A DNA stretch of 64,000 nt from Callorhinchus milii (lineage: Eukaryota). Each line of letters opens with the position of its first letter. Position 1 is the first letter of the stretch. The stretch lies in contig NW_024704743.1 in assembly GCF_018977255.1 (NCBI RefSeq), positions 38,566,001-38,630,000 on the forward strand. Reading direction: 5' to 3'. Under the pieces are notes generated by a model that saw only the letters and a list, made by a program, of their open reading frames with translations, was not told the DNA's origin and made no database searches. A program made the translations under genes and the position numbers. Positions 1 through 9,849 of this stretch are shown here, in pieces.

Positions 1-509
1 TATACCTTTACAATGTCTGTCCTGTTAATAAAGTATTGGGCCGTTCAATGAGATTGCTTGATTGTTTTTACATGCATTGCATCTAATTATGATTTTGCCG
101 TACAAACTGAATCTCCAAAAGACTTGATTTCTATTTGGTTACAACAGCTTCAATTCCATCTTTTGGTTGAATAACACTGTTCAGGGAAGTAGACGACTAA
201 GCCAGGCTGAGCATAACAACATTTAGTATAGGCCCAGCTAGATTAGTTGCAGAAGAGAAAATCAGATCAGGAGCCAGTTCAGGCTTCACATATCTTTGGC
301 TTTGTCAAGTCTGACTGAAAATGCTCAGGTTTTATTTGGAATCTCTGCCCTCAGTTCCACAATCAAGTCATTAAGGAAGCACAATATTATCACAAAACCT
401 TCATTGCTCCAGCCAAGGTTTCAGATGAGCTTACATTTTAAGTGCTAATGGTGAAATTGCTATGAAATGCATTGCTGTCATATTCTCAGCATTAAGATTT
501 TAAAAGAAG

Positions 510-705
510 GGAGGCCAACAATGCCCCAGATAAAATTGGCCATTCACTTCATGGCTGTTTGTGGGTCATTGCTGTGCAAATTGGCTGCAACGTTAGCCTG
601 CAAAATAAAGTCAATATACTTTACAGTAAAATCCTGTGAAGTGCTTTGAGACATCCTGTCGATTTGAAAGGCTATATATCTAACATAATAATTATTATTA
701 TTGTT
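510..705 (+). mobile_element. Deu-type SINE, 3' half
   Basis: GCTGTTTGTGGG..TTGCTGTGCAAATTGGCTG body, GTGAAGTGCTTTGAGACATC tail and (ATT)n end, shared with many copies in the window. Confidence 0.75.
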
Positions 706-796
706 TATTATAAAGTATCCTTCAACTGTGTACGTACGGCAAACGTCAGCAGTGATGGTGCTATATGGTTATTCTGCCAGTTATAATCTTTTTAAC

Positions 797-1200
797 TAAA
801 AACAGAAGTCACTGGGAACACTCAGCAGATCAGGCAGCATCTATGGAGATAGGAAAATAAGCTAACGTTTCAGGCCTTTTGTTTATTGCTTAATTCACTG
901 CCACTTCTCTTCCAGGAATGCCTACCTTGAAGAAGTTCTACTCTTCTCCTCGACATAATTTTTGTTTTTCTCTTTTACCCTGTTCACCTTCTTTGCTATT
1001 TGTTTCCCTTCTTGGGTTTGATGTTGTGTTTGCTAAAACTCACTTTCACAACTACATATTGAGATCTGATGAAAGGTCATCAACCTGAAACATTAACTCA
1101 CTTTCCTCTCTCCATAGATGCTGCCTGACCTGCTCAGTGTTCCCAGCGACTTCTGTTTTTATTTTAGATTTCCAAGATCTGCAGTATTTTGTCTTTTGTT
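797..1200 (+). mobile_element. Penelope-like element remnant with inverted pseudo-LTR arms
   Basis: 797-874 is the reverse complement of 1084-1161 (AAAAACAGAAGTC.CTGGGAACACT.AGCAG.TCAGGCAGCATCTATGGAGA); carries a hammerhead core; resembles the abundant shark Penelope-derived repeat (from memory). Confidence 0.75.
1061..1099 (+). ncRNA. Degenerate minimal type-I hammerhead ribozyme (Penelope-associated)
   Basis: GAGAT-CTGATGA-A-AGGT(CATCA)ACCT-GAAAC-ATT-AACTC: core boxes and stem II intact; stem I has one mismatch; the GTT triplet is mutated to ATT, while the inverted arm retains GAAACGTT. Confidence 0.65.
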
Positions 1201-1692
1201 TATAATATTTTTAATAATTAATTAACACAAAAAAGCATTATTTTCTCTTAAATATATTTAGTTTGGCATTTCTTGATGGTGCCAAGGTCTCTTACAAAAA
1301 ACAAAAAACAATCAAAACAGCAGGACCTTGCTTTGATATCTACCTTATAATTATTATCAACTACTTATTACTACTGTAATATTTTCAGAACCTCAAGATA
1401 CAAAAACTGCAGGGTTTAAGTCTTCAGCTGCACAACAGATGTTCCCACCACAGTGCCAGTTTTATTTTAATGGTACATATAATCTGGGAATGAGGGAGCA
1501 ATTACTGAATTTTTGTTTAAAATTATTTCTAAAGTAGTCAATCGGCGACATTCTTATGTTTAGTTACCCGTTAACCATTTCACCAGCACAATACTATTTT
1601 TAGTTATGAACCAAATGGGCTTGAATGCTTAAGTCTTCTGCTCTGGACGCACTGTCGATTTTCTTAAAACCGTAGAGGTTCATAGTAGAGAA

Positions 1693-1945
1693 GAACAACA
1701 ACTTGCATTTATATATAGCGCCCTTCATTTGTCCCAGAGCTTTTGACGGTGGTGGAGCACGACGTTGAAATGGGAGGAGAGGGGAGGTGGACGTAGGCAC
1801 GATTGAAGAGGAGGGTCTTCAGGTGCGATCTGAAGATGGAGAAGGAAGGGCAAGGTGGAGGGATAGAAGAAGAGCGTTCCAGAGTTTCGGGATGTAGTGG
1901 CTGAAAGTGCGGCCACCGATGGTGGAACAGAGGGCATGAGGGACA
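1693..1945 (-). mobile_element. L2 LINE 3' end
   Basis: Reverse strand gives ..FRSHLKTLLFNRAY.., followed by the GGCGCTATATAAATGCAAG(TTG)n tail. Confidence 0.8.
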
Positions 1946-2384
1946 AGCAGTCAAGTGGTCAAAACAAGGCCATTTGGTCTATTGTGTCTGTGCTGGCTCT
2001 TAAATTACAAAATAGTTCTTAACAAGTAACAGAGAGAATAATGTCCAAAGTTAATTTTACAAAAGGTAGAATGATACCGTACTCAAAAACTCTGCAAAAT
2101 TACAGTTTATAATTGAAAAGATTAAATGTATTCAGTAAATGTAACCAGATAAACTAGAATGGCTTAACTTTATTTGGGTATATGTAGTAGTGGCATTCTT
2201 TCTGAATAGACAAGCCTTATGCTGTTAAACTGGGCGCAATCACAGCTTGTATTAAATATCCTCATTGGAATTGGTTTCAGGCTGTAAGCATTACAAGCCA
2301 TTCCTGTGGATCCACCAAGTGCATTGCCTCATGTAGCTGCTGGCTATGCCATGGGCTGGTACAATATTATGAACAAATAAACGA

Positions 2385-2483
2385 ATGAAAGAAAGAGAGA
2401 AAGGGAGACAGCAAGCAAGCAAGTGAGGAAGCAAGGAAAGGAAGGAAGCAAGGAAGGAAGGAAGCAGGGAAGAAAGGAAGGAA
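2385..2483. repeat. (GAAG/GCAA)n purine-rich simple repeat
   Basis: Direct reading. Confidence 0.85.
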
Positions 2484-2759
2484 TGCTGGAAGTAAAAATT
2501 AAAAATAAAACCGCCCTGGAAATACCACATCAATTAGCATTTGAAAGAGAAATAATGGTTTATGGTGAGAACATGATCTTTTGTCAGAACTGGCCAATAA
2601 AGTTAGCAGATAATATCATGAGGAAAGTGATCACTGCTCATTAACAGATTGCTATCTCAAAATTGTTGTCTCTCTCTGTTCATACACTGTTTCCTGACCA
2701 GGTAGGTGAATCCAATCCCACGCTTATGTAAATGATTGTTTAGAAGTGAATGCTAAGCC

Positions 2760-2890
2760 GCTTGGCTCTATTGGTTGCACTCTGGCCTCCAGATTATAAG
2801 GATGTGGGTTCAAATCTACAAATGAGGACTTCAAGCTCATCGTCCAGGCTGAATACCAATGCAGTGCTGGGGGAGCCAGCATTGCATGGT
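2760..2890 (+). mobile_element. Deu-type SINE tRNA-derived head
   Basis: TGGCTCTATTGGT A-box-like and GGGTTCAAATC B-box motifs, then AGGCTGA..CCAATGCAGTGCTGGGG as in the full copies. Confidence 0.65.
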
Positions 2891-3783
2891 GCAACAAATG
2901 GTGGTGGAAGTTGCTCCTTCTATCAATCCCGTACTATACTGGAGTGCCAACCTAGACTATGATGCAATACTTGAACACACAATTTTCTTAACCTAGAGAC
3001 AAGAATGCTGCCAACTAAACAAGACTGATGGGAGCCAAACGGACTATAAAATCTGAGTATGGAAACGTTTTGCTCCAGAAAAATAGGACAAGCATTCATA
3101 TAATGCTGGTGTAAATGAACAAGAAGTGACCTTTTGAGTGCTGTAGCAAAAAAAAGCAAAGAATATTTTGCATAGGAAATAGTGTTGAACCTATCTAAAT
3201 CTGGGTGGAAATCATAAAGGAGCAGGAACTCAAACTCTTGATTTGGGAAATCATGTCTAAAAGAACTCTGCTCTTTGGAAAAACAAAGTCCCTACTCTCA
3301 AAACTGTAATCCAGAATGAGATTTTATCACATAGTGCTGGTTCCACAATTAAAAGAATCTGTCAGTATATAAGGAAACAGTGCACTGATTTATGAAGAAT
3401 TGGCCAAAGATTGTTCCATTTAACCTGAATAAATAGGTCAAAGCATTGGAACAGGATCATAGGACTGAAAGTACTGTATTATCAGAAGGTGAGGAAAGAA
3501 ACTCTTAATTGTTTGAAGGTCTTGGAGATACAATACAATACAAATTTACATTAATTACATTAATTAATTTACATTTCATGTCAGTAGGACATTCCAAGAC
3601 ACTGGATGGAAACAGCTGCATAGATCTGGCTACTGGTATGTTTATCTGCTTCTATAATGACATTGGGACTAATTTGCTGGTTGGTTAACAATCCATGTAC
3701 GAAGTTTACACGTTGAGTTAACTATTTGCAAACTCGTACATGTTCCTTTAAATATATAATTGACAACCAATGTAAAAGAACAT

Positions 3784-3934
3784 AAAAACAGAAGTCGCTG
3801 GGAACACTCAGCAGGTCATCAACCTGAAACGGTAACTCACTTCCTCTCTCCATAGATGCTGCCTGACTTGCTGAATATTCCCAGCGACTTCTGTTTTTAT
3901 TACAGATTTCCAACATCTGCAGTGTTTTGCCTTT
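3784..3934 (+). mobile_element. Penelope-like inverted-repeat element with internal deletion
   Basis: Same arms as 797-1200, joined at AGGTCA. Confidence 0.75.
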
Positions 3935-3949
3935 GATTAATATAAAAGA

Positions 3950-4210
3950 ACATTCTGGGTTCAAGCCATATATTGGGACTTTGAACTCATAGTCTTGGCT
4001 GACAGTGCATTGTTGGTGGGACTACTTTGTTGTCAGAAGTGCTATCTTTTCGATGGAACATTGTATCAAGGTCCTATCTGCCTGTTCATTATTTAATTAT
4101 TTCTGGCACTATTTGAAAGGAGAATGGTGTTTCTCCTGGTGTCCCGATGAACAGTTCCCCAGAATAAATTGCTGTTTGTGGGGCATTGCAGTGTCCAAAT
4201 TCTTTGCCTT
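3950..4210 (+). mobile_element. Deu-type SINE (partial)
   Basis: GGGTTCAAGCC B-box, GGACTTTGAACTCATAGTC and GGCACTATTTGAA core. Confidence 0.7.
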
Positions 4211-4269
4211 GAATTATGCTTATGAATTTCCCCCCTAAACTAAACAGAACCTTCTCAATTTGCTTCTAC

Positions 4270-4675
4270 AATAATAATAATAATCTTTGCATTTGATATA
4301 GTGCCTTATCATGTCATCGAGATATGCTGTAAAGTGCTTTGCCAGTGTGGTTTGTGGGCAAAACTTGGCAGCCAGTTTTACGCACAGCAATGTCCTACAA
4401 ATGACTATGGAGTGAGTGACCAATATTATTCAGGGGATTGTTGGCCAGGACACTGGGAGAATCCCCCACTTCTCTTTCCAAATAGTGCCATGGCTTCCAC
4501 CTGAACACGCAGAAGAGGCCTCGGTTTAATGTCTCATAGGAAGGATAGCACCTCTGACAATGCAACAAACCCCCAGCACTGCATTGGAGTGTCAACTTTG
4601 ACAATGTGATTCCAAGTCCTGATGTGGGACTTGAACCCATAACCTTGTGACACAGAGGGAAGAATGCTACCAATG
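4270..4675 (-). mobile_element. Deu-type (SacSINE1/AmnSINE1-like) SINE, near full length
   Basis: Reverse strand: tRNA head (GGTAGCATTCT..GGGTTCAAGTCCC), Deu-like core (ATGAGACATTAAACCGAGG..CCATGGCACTATTT), L2-type tail and (ATT)n. Confidence 0.85.
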
Positions 4676-5254
4676 TGTGGAGTGTTCATGTTTAGTGTAT
4701 TCAAACCTACCCAACCATAACTTTTAAATCAAAATGGTATCACAGGCTGAGATTAGAGTAGAATTTCAGGCTTTTATAGTGCAAGTTGTTGTTGATAGTG
4801 AAGGTGGAATAATTCTCTTCTCTGCACAGGCAACCTGATCAGCTCATCCATTAGAAAGAAAATAAACCCAGCAACCCTCACATCATAGAGCTTTTCAGCA
4901 CAAAAAGAACATCACATTGCAATTGGCAGGAAATATACGACAAACGGGAGCATTCTTTGCACATAAGCAGTTAAGTACCACAAAATAATCAAAAGTTAGC
5001 AGTCAGAGAAGATATGTATTGCAGAACCTAATAACTGTAAATAAAACGCACCTGATGAGGAGAATCTGAATACAGAAGATGACCTTAAAACAAGACGAGC
5101 ACATATGATATCCATTGGTTAGACAAACAGTTGGAGCACCAACTGGATAATGTCAAATCAGATGAAATAAACACGGCAAGTAAGGCTGGATGAAATTGCA
5201 AGTCAACTGTGTTCAGATTTTCAGAGTTATGCTGAAACTGTACTCTGATCAGGC

Positions 5255-5752
5255 CAGCCCTGTGTTTACTCTACCGTTCTAGTCACTGTGACATGATGCA
5301 TTAGAGGCAATGCAGAGGAAAGCAATGAGGATTTTCCCCAGTGTCAAAGGGATCATATATAAGGACTAATTAGGCTCAACTGTGGCTCTTCAGACTTGAA
5401 ATAGACTTTTCAGAAATAATCCTATTAGAGCTCTGTAAGGTACTAAATGCAATACAGAAAATCAACACAGAACAATACTTTACGTACATCAAGGCAGCAG
5501 GACAAGAGGACATGGTTTCCTTGTTGTGAAGGGCAATTTCATAACAAAACACCAGGATGTGTCTCTTCATACAGAAGGTAATTAATGACTGCCATGGGTT
5601 ACCAGGAAGAGTGGTTCAGCCCAGGAAACTATTCATTTAGGAAACAGCTGGAATCTATCATGGGAAGATGGTAGGGTGGGTATGTTGGAAGGGTAATTTC
5701 AAATGAGCTGAAGGTACTTCTTCGTCTATAAATCTCTTATAATCTGGTGTGA
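5255..5752 (+). mobile_element. CR1 LINE 3' fragment (degenerate RT C-terminus and 3' UTR)
   Basis: Remnants ALEAMQRKAMRIF..SRTRGH..LPGRVV; tail AAATGAGCTGAAGG..CTTCTTC..TAATCT.GTG. Confidence 0.8.
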
Positions 5753-6714
5753 TCTGGGTGTGTTCATTGGCTCAATGTTCTGAACCGCCAAGTGCCTGTC
5801 CAAGAGTAGCATTACAAAATATTCATTATCCTGTCTTTTCAGAAGAGAAGGGGTGGAGGAGAGGAAACAGGGACAAAGAGGTAGTGTGCTCTCATCAGTT
5901 TGCATACCTTCAAAAACAGTAAGTTTTGAAATGCATCAACATGAGTGACTGTTGAAGCTGGTTTGATAGAATTGTTCAAAAATAAGATGGGTAAAGAAAA
6001 GAATAGATAGGGAAAGTGGGATTAATAAAAACATTTATTCTGGAAAACCAAGTAGTAGTGGCTCAGACAAGATCAACAACAAATTACATTTGTATACCAT
6101 CAATGGTGCTGAATGGAGTCCTTCTGAGCAGAATGTTTCTATGTTTCCATAAGTGTTCCACGTCCTGTCCAGTGTTTCATAATTGCCCAGAGGCAACACA
6201 AAGCATATCACCCAGTTTTCAAAATCCCAGGCAAGGCTACGAGCAGTTTCTGGTTTCTTCAGTTGACTCCACACAAAAACTACCTAATTATCTTTCAGCT
6301 CAACCACAGCTAGAACTCATGGTTTTAATTATTTTTTTATAAGGACTAATTTAGCATCTTTTCCAAGTATAATATTTCATGTTGAAAATACCCTCAACAA
6401 ACCTTGCTACTCACTTTATCATAGTTTATAATACAAAAACAGTCAAAATCTATTTATGTGTAAACTGATATAAACAAGGTCATGATTTAGAGAAATCTAT
6501 ACCAAGTCCTATTTTGCTCTGAATTAGTTAATACTGGTGCAGCCATTCCTGTATTATTAAAGCCATCTCATTTTGTCTCCATCTTGATCAATTCTGTTTA
6601 ATAGACAGACATTATATGTGGTTTCCATCAATTCTATAACCTGATAAAGGCTATGTTGCATTTAAAACAGATTTTAAATGAATGTATTCAGATAATTTTT
6701 CTTCCCCCTCCCCT

Positions 6715-6886
6715 CCAATTTTCTCCCTTCCTCCAGTGAAGATACTGACTCGTGTTGGTGAATGGTTCTGCCCTTTGGTAACTTGACCAAGTGGCTGTTC
6801 TTCATGTATGAACCAAATTAGAGGTGCTGTCACAAAAGGTATATGACCATAGTAAAGCATCATAGCTGAGCCCAATCCTATCCACA
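6715..6886 (-). mobile_element. LF-SINE-like 3' fragment
   Basis: CCAAGTGGCTGTTCTTCATGT and GCATCATAGCTGAGCCCAATCCT match the LF-SINE 3' half (from memory) and the copy at 52195. Confidence 0.55.
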
Positions 6887-7228
6887 GTACAACCCTTCTA
6901 TCCCTGAACCTCAAGGAACTGTACAGTATTGTGTAAATTACTGAGTGTAGGTGCATTTTAATTTATTCTATGCACAATTTATCGTATAACAACGGGTAAA
7001 AAATAACCAGTAAAACAATTCTTAAAATACCACTTAAAGGCACAGAACCTTGTGTGTGTTAAGCTCTCTGAGATGTTACCTGCATGAAGGGCTCTATATC
7101 AATGTGTTGTTATTGTATAATTTTATGTTTTGCCACAGGACATAACCCCACACTATCAGGCTTATTTGTTTTTCCGCGTCCGCCTTTATCGAAGGCAGGA
7201 TATGGTTCACACTCAACATCTACTCAAA

Positions 7229-7430
7229 CACAACAACAACAAATTACATTTGTATAGCGCCCTTCATGTCAGGGGGACGTCCCAAGGCATTGGACAGTCA
7301 GGGGTCCCCACCCTCGAGATTGAGATCAGGAGGGGTGGAGGGTGGGGAGGGTGGGAGTAGGAGGTGACCGAAGGCACGGTCGAAGGGGAGGGTCTTGAGA
7401 TGGGTCTTGAAGGAGGCAAGGGAGGGGTCA
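7229..7430 (-). mobile_element. L2 LINE 3' end
   Basis: (CAA)n-ATTACATTTGTATAGCGCCC..GGGACGTCCCAAGGC, reverse of the L2 tail at 13275-13342. Confidence 0.85.
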
Positions 7431-7444
7431 CCCTTCAGTGCAGG

Positions 7445-7608
7445 ACTCTTCAGGAGTCACTGGATAATGTTCAGAAGGAGGAACTCTGGCTATTTGTTCC
7501 TCTCCCTATCGCAGGGGGCATGAAGGACAATCAAATTGACCGTACTGTTCTGAGGTAAGATCAGCTAACTCGGCAGAAGTAGGAGGATTGAAATTGGGAC
7601 CTTCCAGG
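7445..7608 (-). mobile_element. LF-SINE-like fragment
   Basis: Reverse: GGAAGGTCCCAATTTCAATCC..GAGTTAGCTGATCT..AGGGAGAGG..AGCCAGAGTTCC..TATCCAGTGACTCCTG. Confidence 0.7.
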
Positions 7609-8770
7609 ATTACATCGCTTGACTTCAGGAGTGTCTCTATTAGACAAGACAACTGATGCGATAATTAGCAGTGATAATCATCACATCACGCACTGCATCT
7701 TTCAACCCATGACTGCTAGAAACGTGGAACCAGTGGATTGAGTTTTGAGCATTGAGCCTCTCTTGGCATGTGCCTTTTCATATTATTTTAGCTACTGGCA
7801 GCAAAAGTATCGGCAGCATGTCACCCAGTACTTTATCTCAGTTGCTGCTCAACAGTGCGGTTAGAAATGCAAGTTTTTGGAACATAAACCACAGCAATCT
7901 TTTATTTTTTTGGCCTTCCTCAATGAAACACTTACTTAATCAGTACTCAAGCAGAATTGTGAATTGGTTTGTTTAAAGTATGTGTAGGACGAAACCTGAT
8001 GTGGTGTTGCTAAATGCTGCCTCTTGATTTGACTTGCAGGAAACTTACATTTCTTGGCTCAGTAAACTCAGTTGAGGGGCTAGGTTCGGGGTGAAGACAA
8101 ATAGCAGTCTTTGTATATTCGTACGCTTGCCAAAAAGTCCACTTGATATATTTTGAAAATACCATTTATTTATGGCATATGTGGTGCAATAGAAAATAAG
8201 ACACCATCACTCTCAATCAAAACTGGCCCTCAGCATATTTTATTTCCATTTGAACTAAATAAATTGTGACAGGCCATTCTTTAGTTTCCCTGATGATACC
8301 CAACTGTTTAAGGTCAACAATATTCTGGTATTAGGTTCGAAAACTGTAAGAGTTGACATTATGTTGGAAAAATAATTTTCTACTTGATACCTAATGTAAA
8401 GCATGGCTGATTCATAAACAGACAATCACAGATCTTTCACCCTTAATGGAAGCATTTTGCTTGATTTAGAATTGATAGTTCAGCATCGTAGCTTAACTAT
8501 TGCAAACTCTTTCGAGAAAGGAGAGTTGAGATACTGCCAATACTGATGGTTGCACTGAACCATAGGCCAATTTAGTTTGCAGTTTGGTGAGCAAACGTTT
8601 ACTCTAACAAAAATGTGGCATTGCATGGAGAAATTTGAAGCACAGATCTCATTTTGTTAAAATATGTGTCTTTTGAATAGTTTACATACAAATGCATTCT
8701 TCATCATATTGCACTTGCGCACACACACACAAACACACAAAAATACATAGACACAAAGAAACACAGACAC

Positions 8771-9702
8771 AACAGCAACAACAAGATTACATTTGTACAG
8801 TGCCTTTCACGTCGGGAGGACATCACAAGGCGCTGGACAGAGTACAGCATTTCAGATTCAAGCTGGGGTGGGGGGCGGGAAGGGTGGGGGAGGGGAAGGG
8901 GGTAGCCGATGGCATGGTCGAAGAGGAGGGTCTTGTGGCGGGACTTGAAGGAGGGGGCAAGGTGGAGTGACTGGGGGATGGAATTCCAGAGGTTGGGGGC
9001 AGAGTGGCTGAAGGTTCTCCCGCCAATGGTGGGGCGGTGGGTCAGGGGACGTGGAGCAGGCCGTAGGGGATTGAGGTCGCAGAGGTAGGGTGGGGCGAGG
9101 CCGTGGAGAGCTTTGTATGTGAGGACCAGGATCTTGAACTGGATCCTCTGAAGAATAGGGAGCCAGTGGAGTCAGACGAGAGTGGGGGAGATGGAGTCAC
9201 GGAGTTTGGTGCGGGAAAGGACACGGGCTGCAGAGTTCTGGATTATCTGCAGCCTGTGGAGGGAGGAGTTGGGAAGTCCAACAAGCAGGGGGTTTGCATA
9301 GTCAAGCCTGGAGGTGATGAAGGCATGAACAAGAGTTTCAGCGGCCTGAGGGGTGAGGTAGTGGCGGTGTCGGGTGATGTTACGGAGGTGAGAGAAGGCA
9401 GAGCGGGTCATGGCTTGAATGTGGGGGAGAAAAGACAGTTGAGGGTCGAACAAGACACCTCCCGTGGTGAGGGAGGAGGGAGAGACAGGGTCGAAGGAAT
9501 ATAGGGCGGATGAGTGGGGGATGGGTCATGAAGGAGAGGTGATGTGGGGGTGGCTGTGGATGGAGCTGAGGTGGCTGAACGTATCCCCTTGATTTTAGAT
9601 TCAGGAAGCCCAGCATCTACTCACAGTTGGAATTTTAGGAGAGGATGGGTAGGTATGGGAAGGTGGATGGAGGAAACGGTTAGTGGTGGAAAAGAGAAGC
9701 CG
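8771..9702 (-). mobile_element. L2 LINE, 5'-truncated with the RT core deleted
   Basis: Reverse-strand [16 protein letters not shown] segment joined directly to FDPQLSFLPHI..LDYANPLLVGLP; (TTG)n tail at 8771; lies in CA-rich DNA. Confidence 0.9.
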
Positions 9703-9849
9703 GACACACACACAAAGGAACACAGACACACACACAGAAAAACACTTGCACACAAAGAAACACAAACGTACAGAAATACACACACACAAAGATACACACG
9801 CGTGCAAAGACATAGACATACACACACATACGATGAATATTAAAAAAAT

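Noticed and set aside
1382..1475. Possible exon after TTTTCAG
   Set aside because: Weak donor, unrecognised peptide and no partner exons
5052..5075. Other CTGATGA hits as hammerheads (also near 29160, 32014, 35475)
   Set aside because: No stem II followed by GAAA
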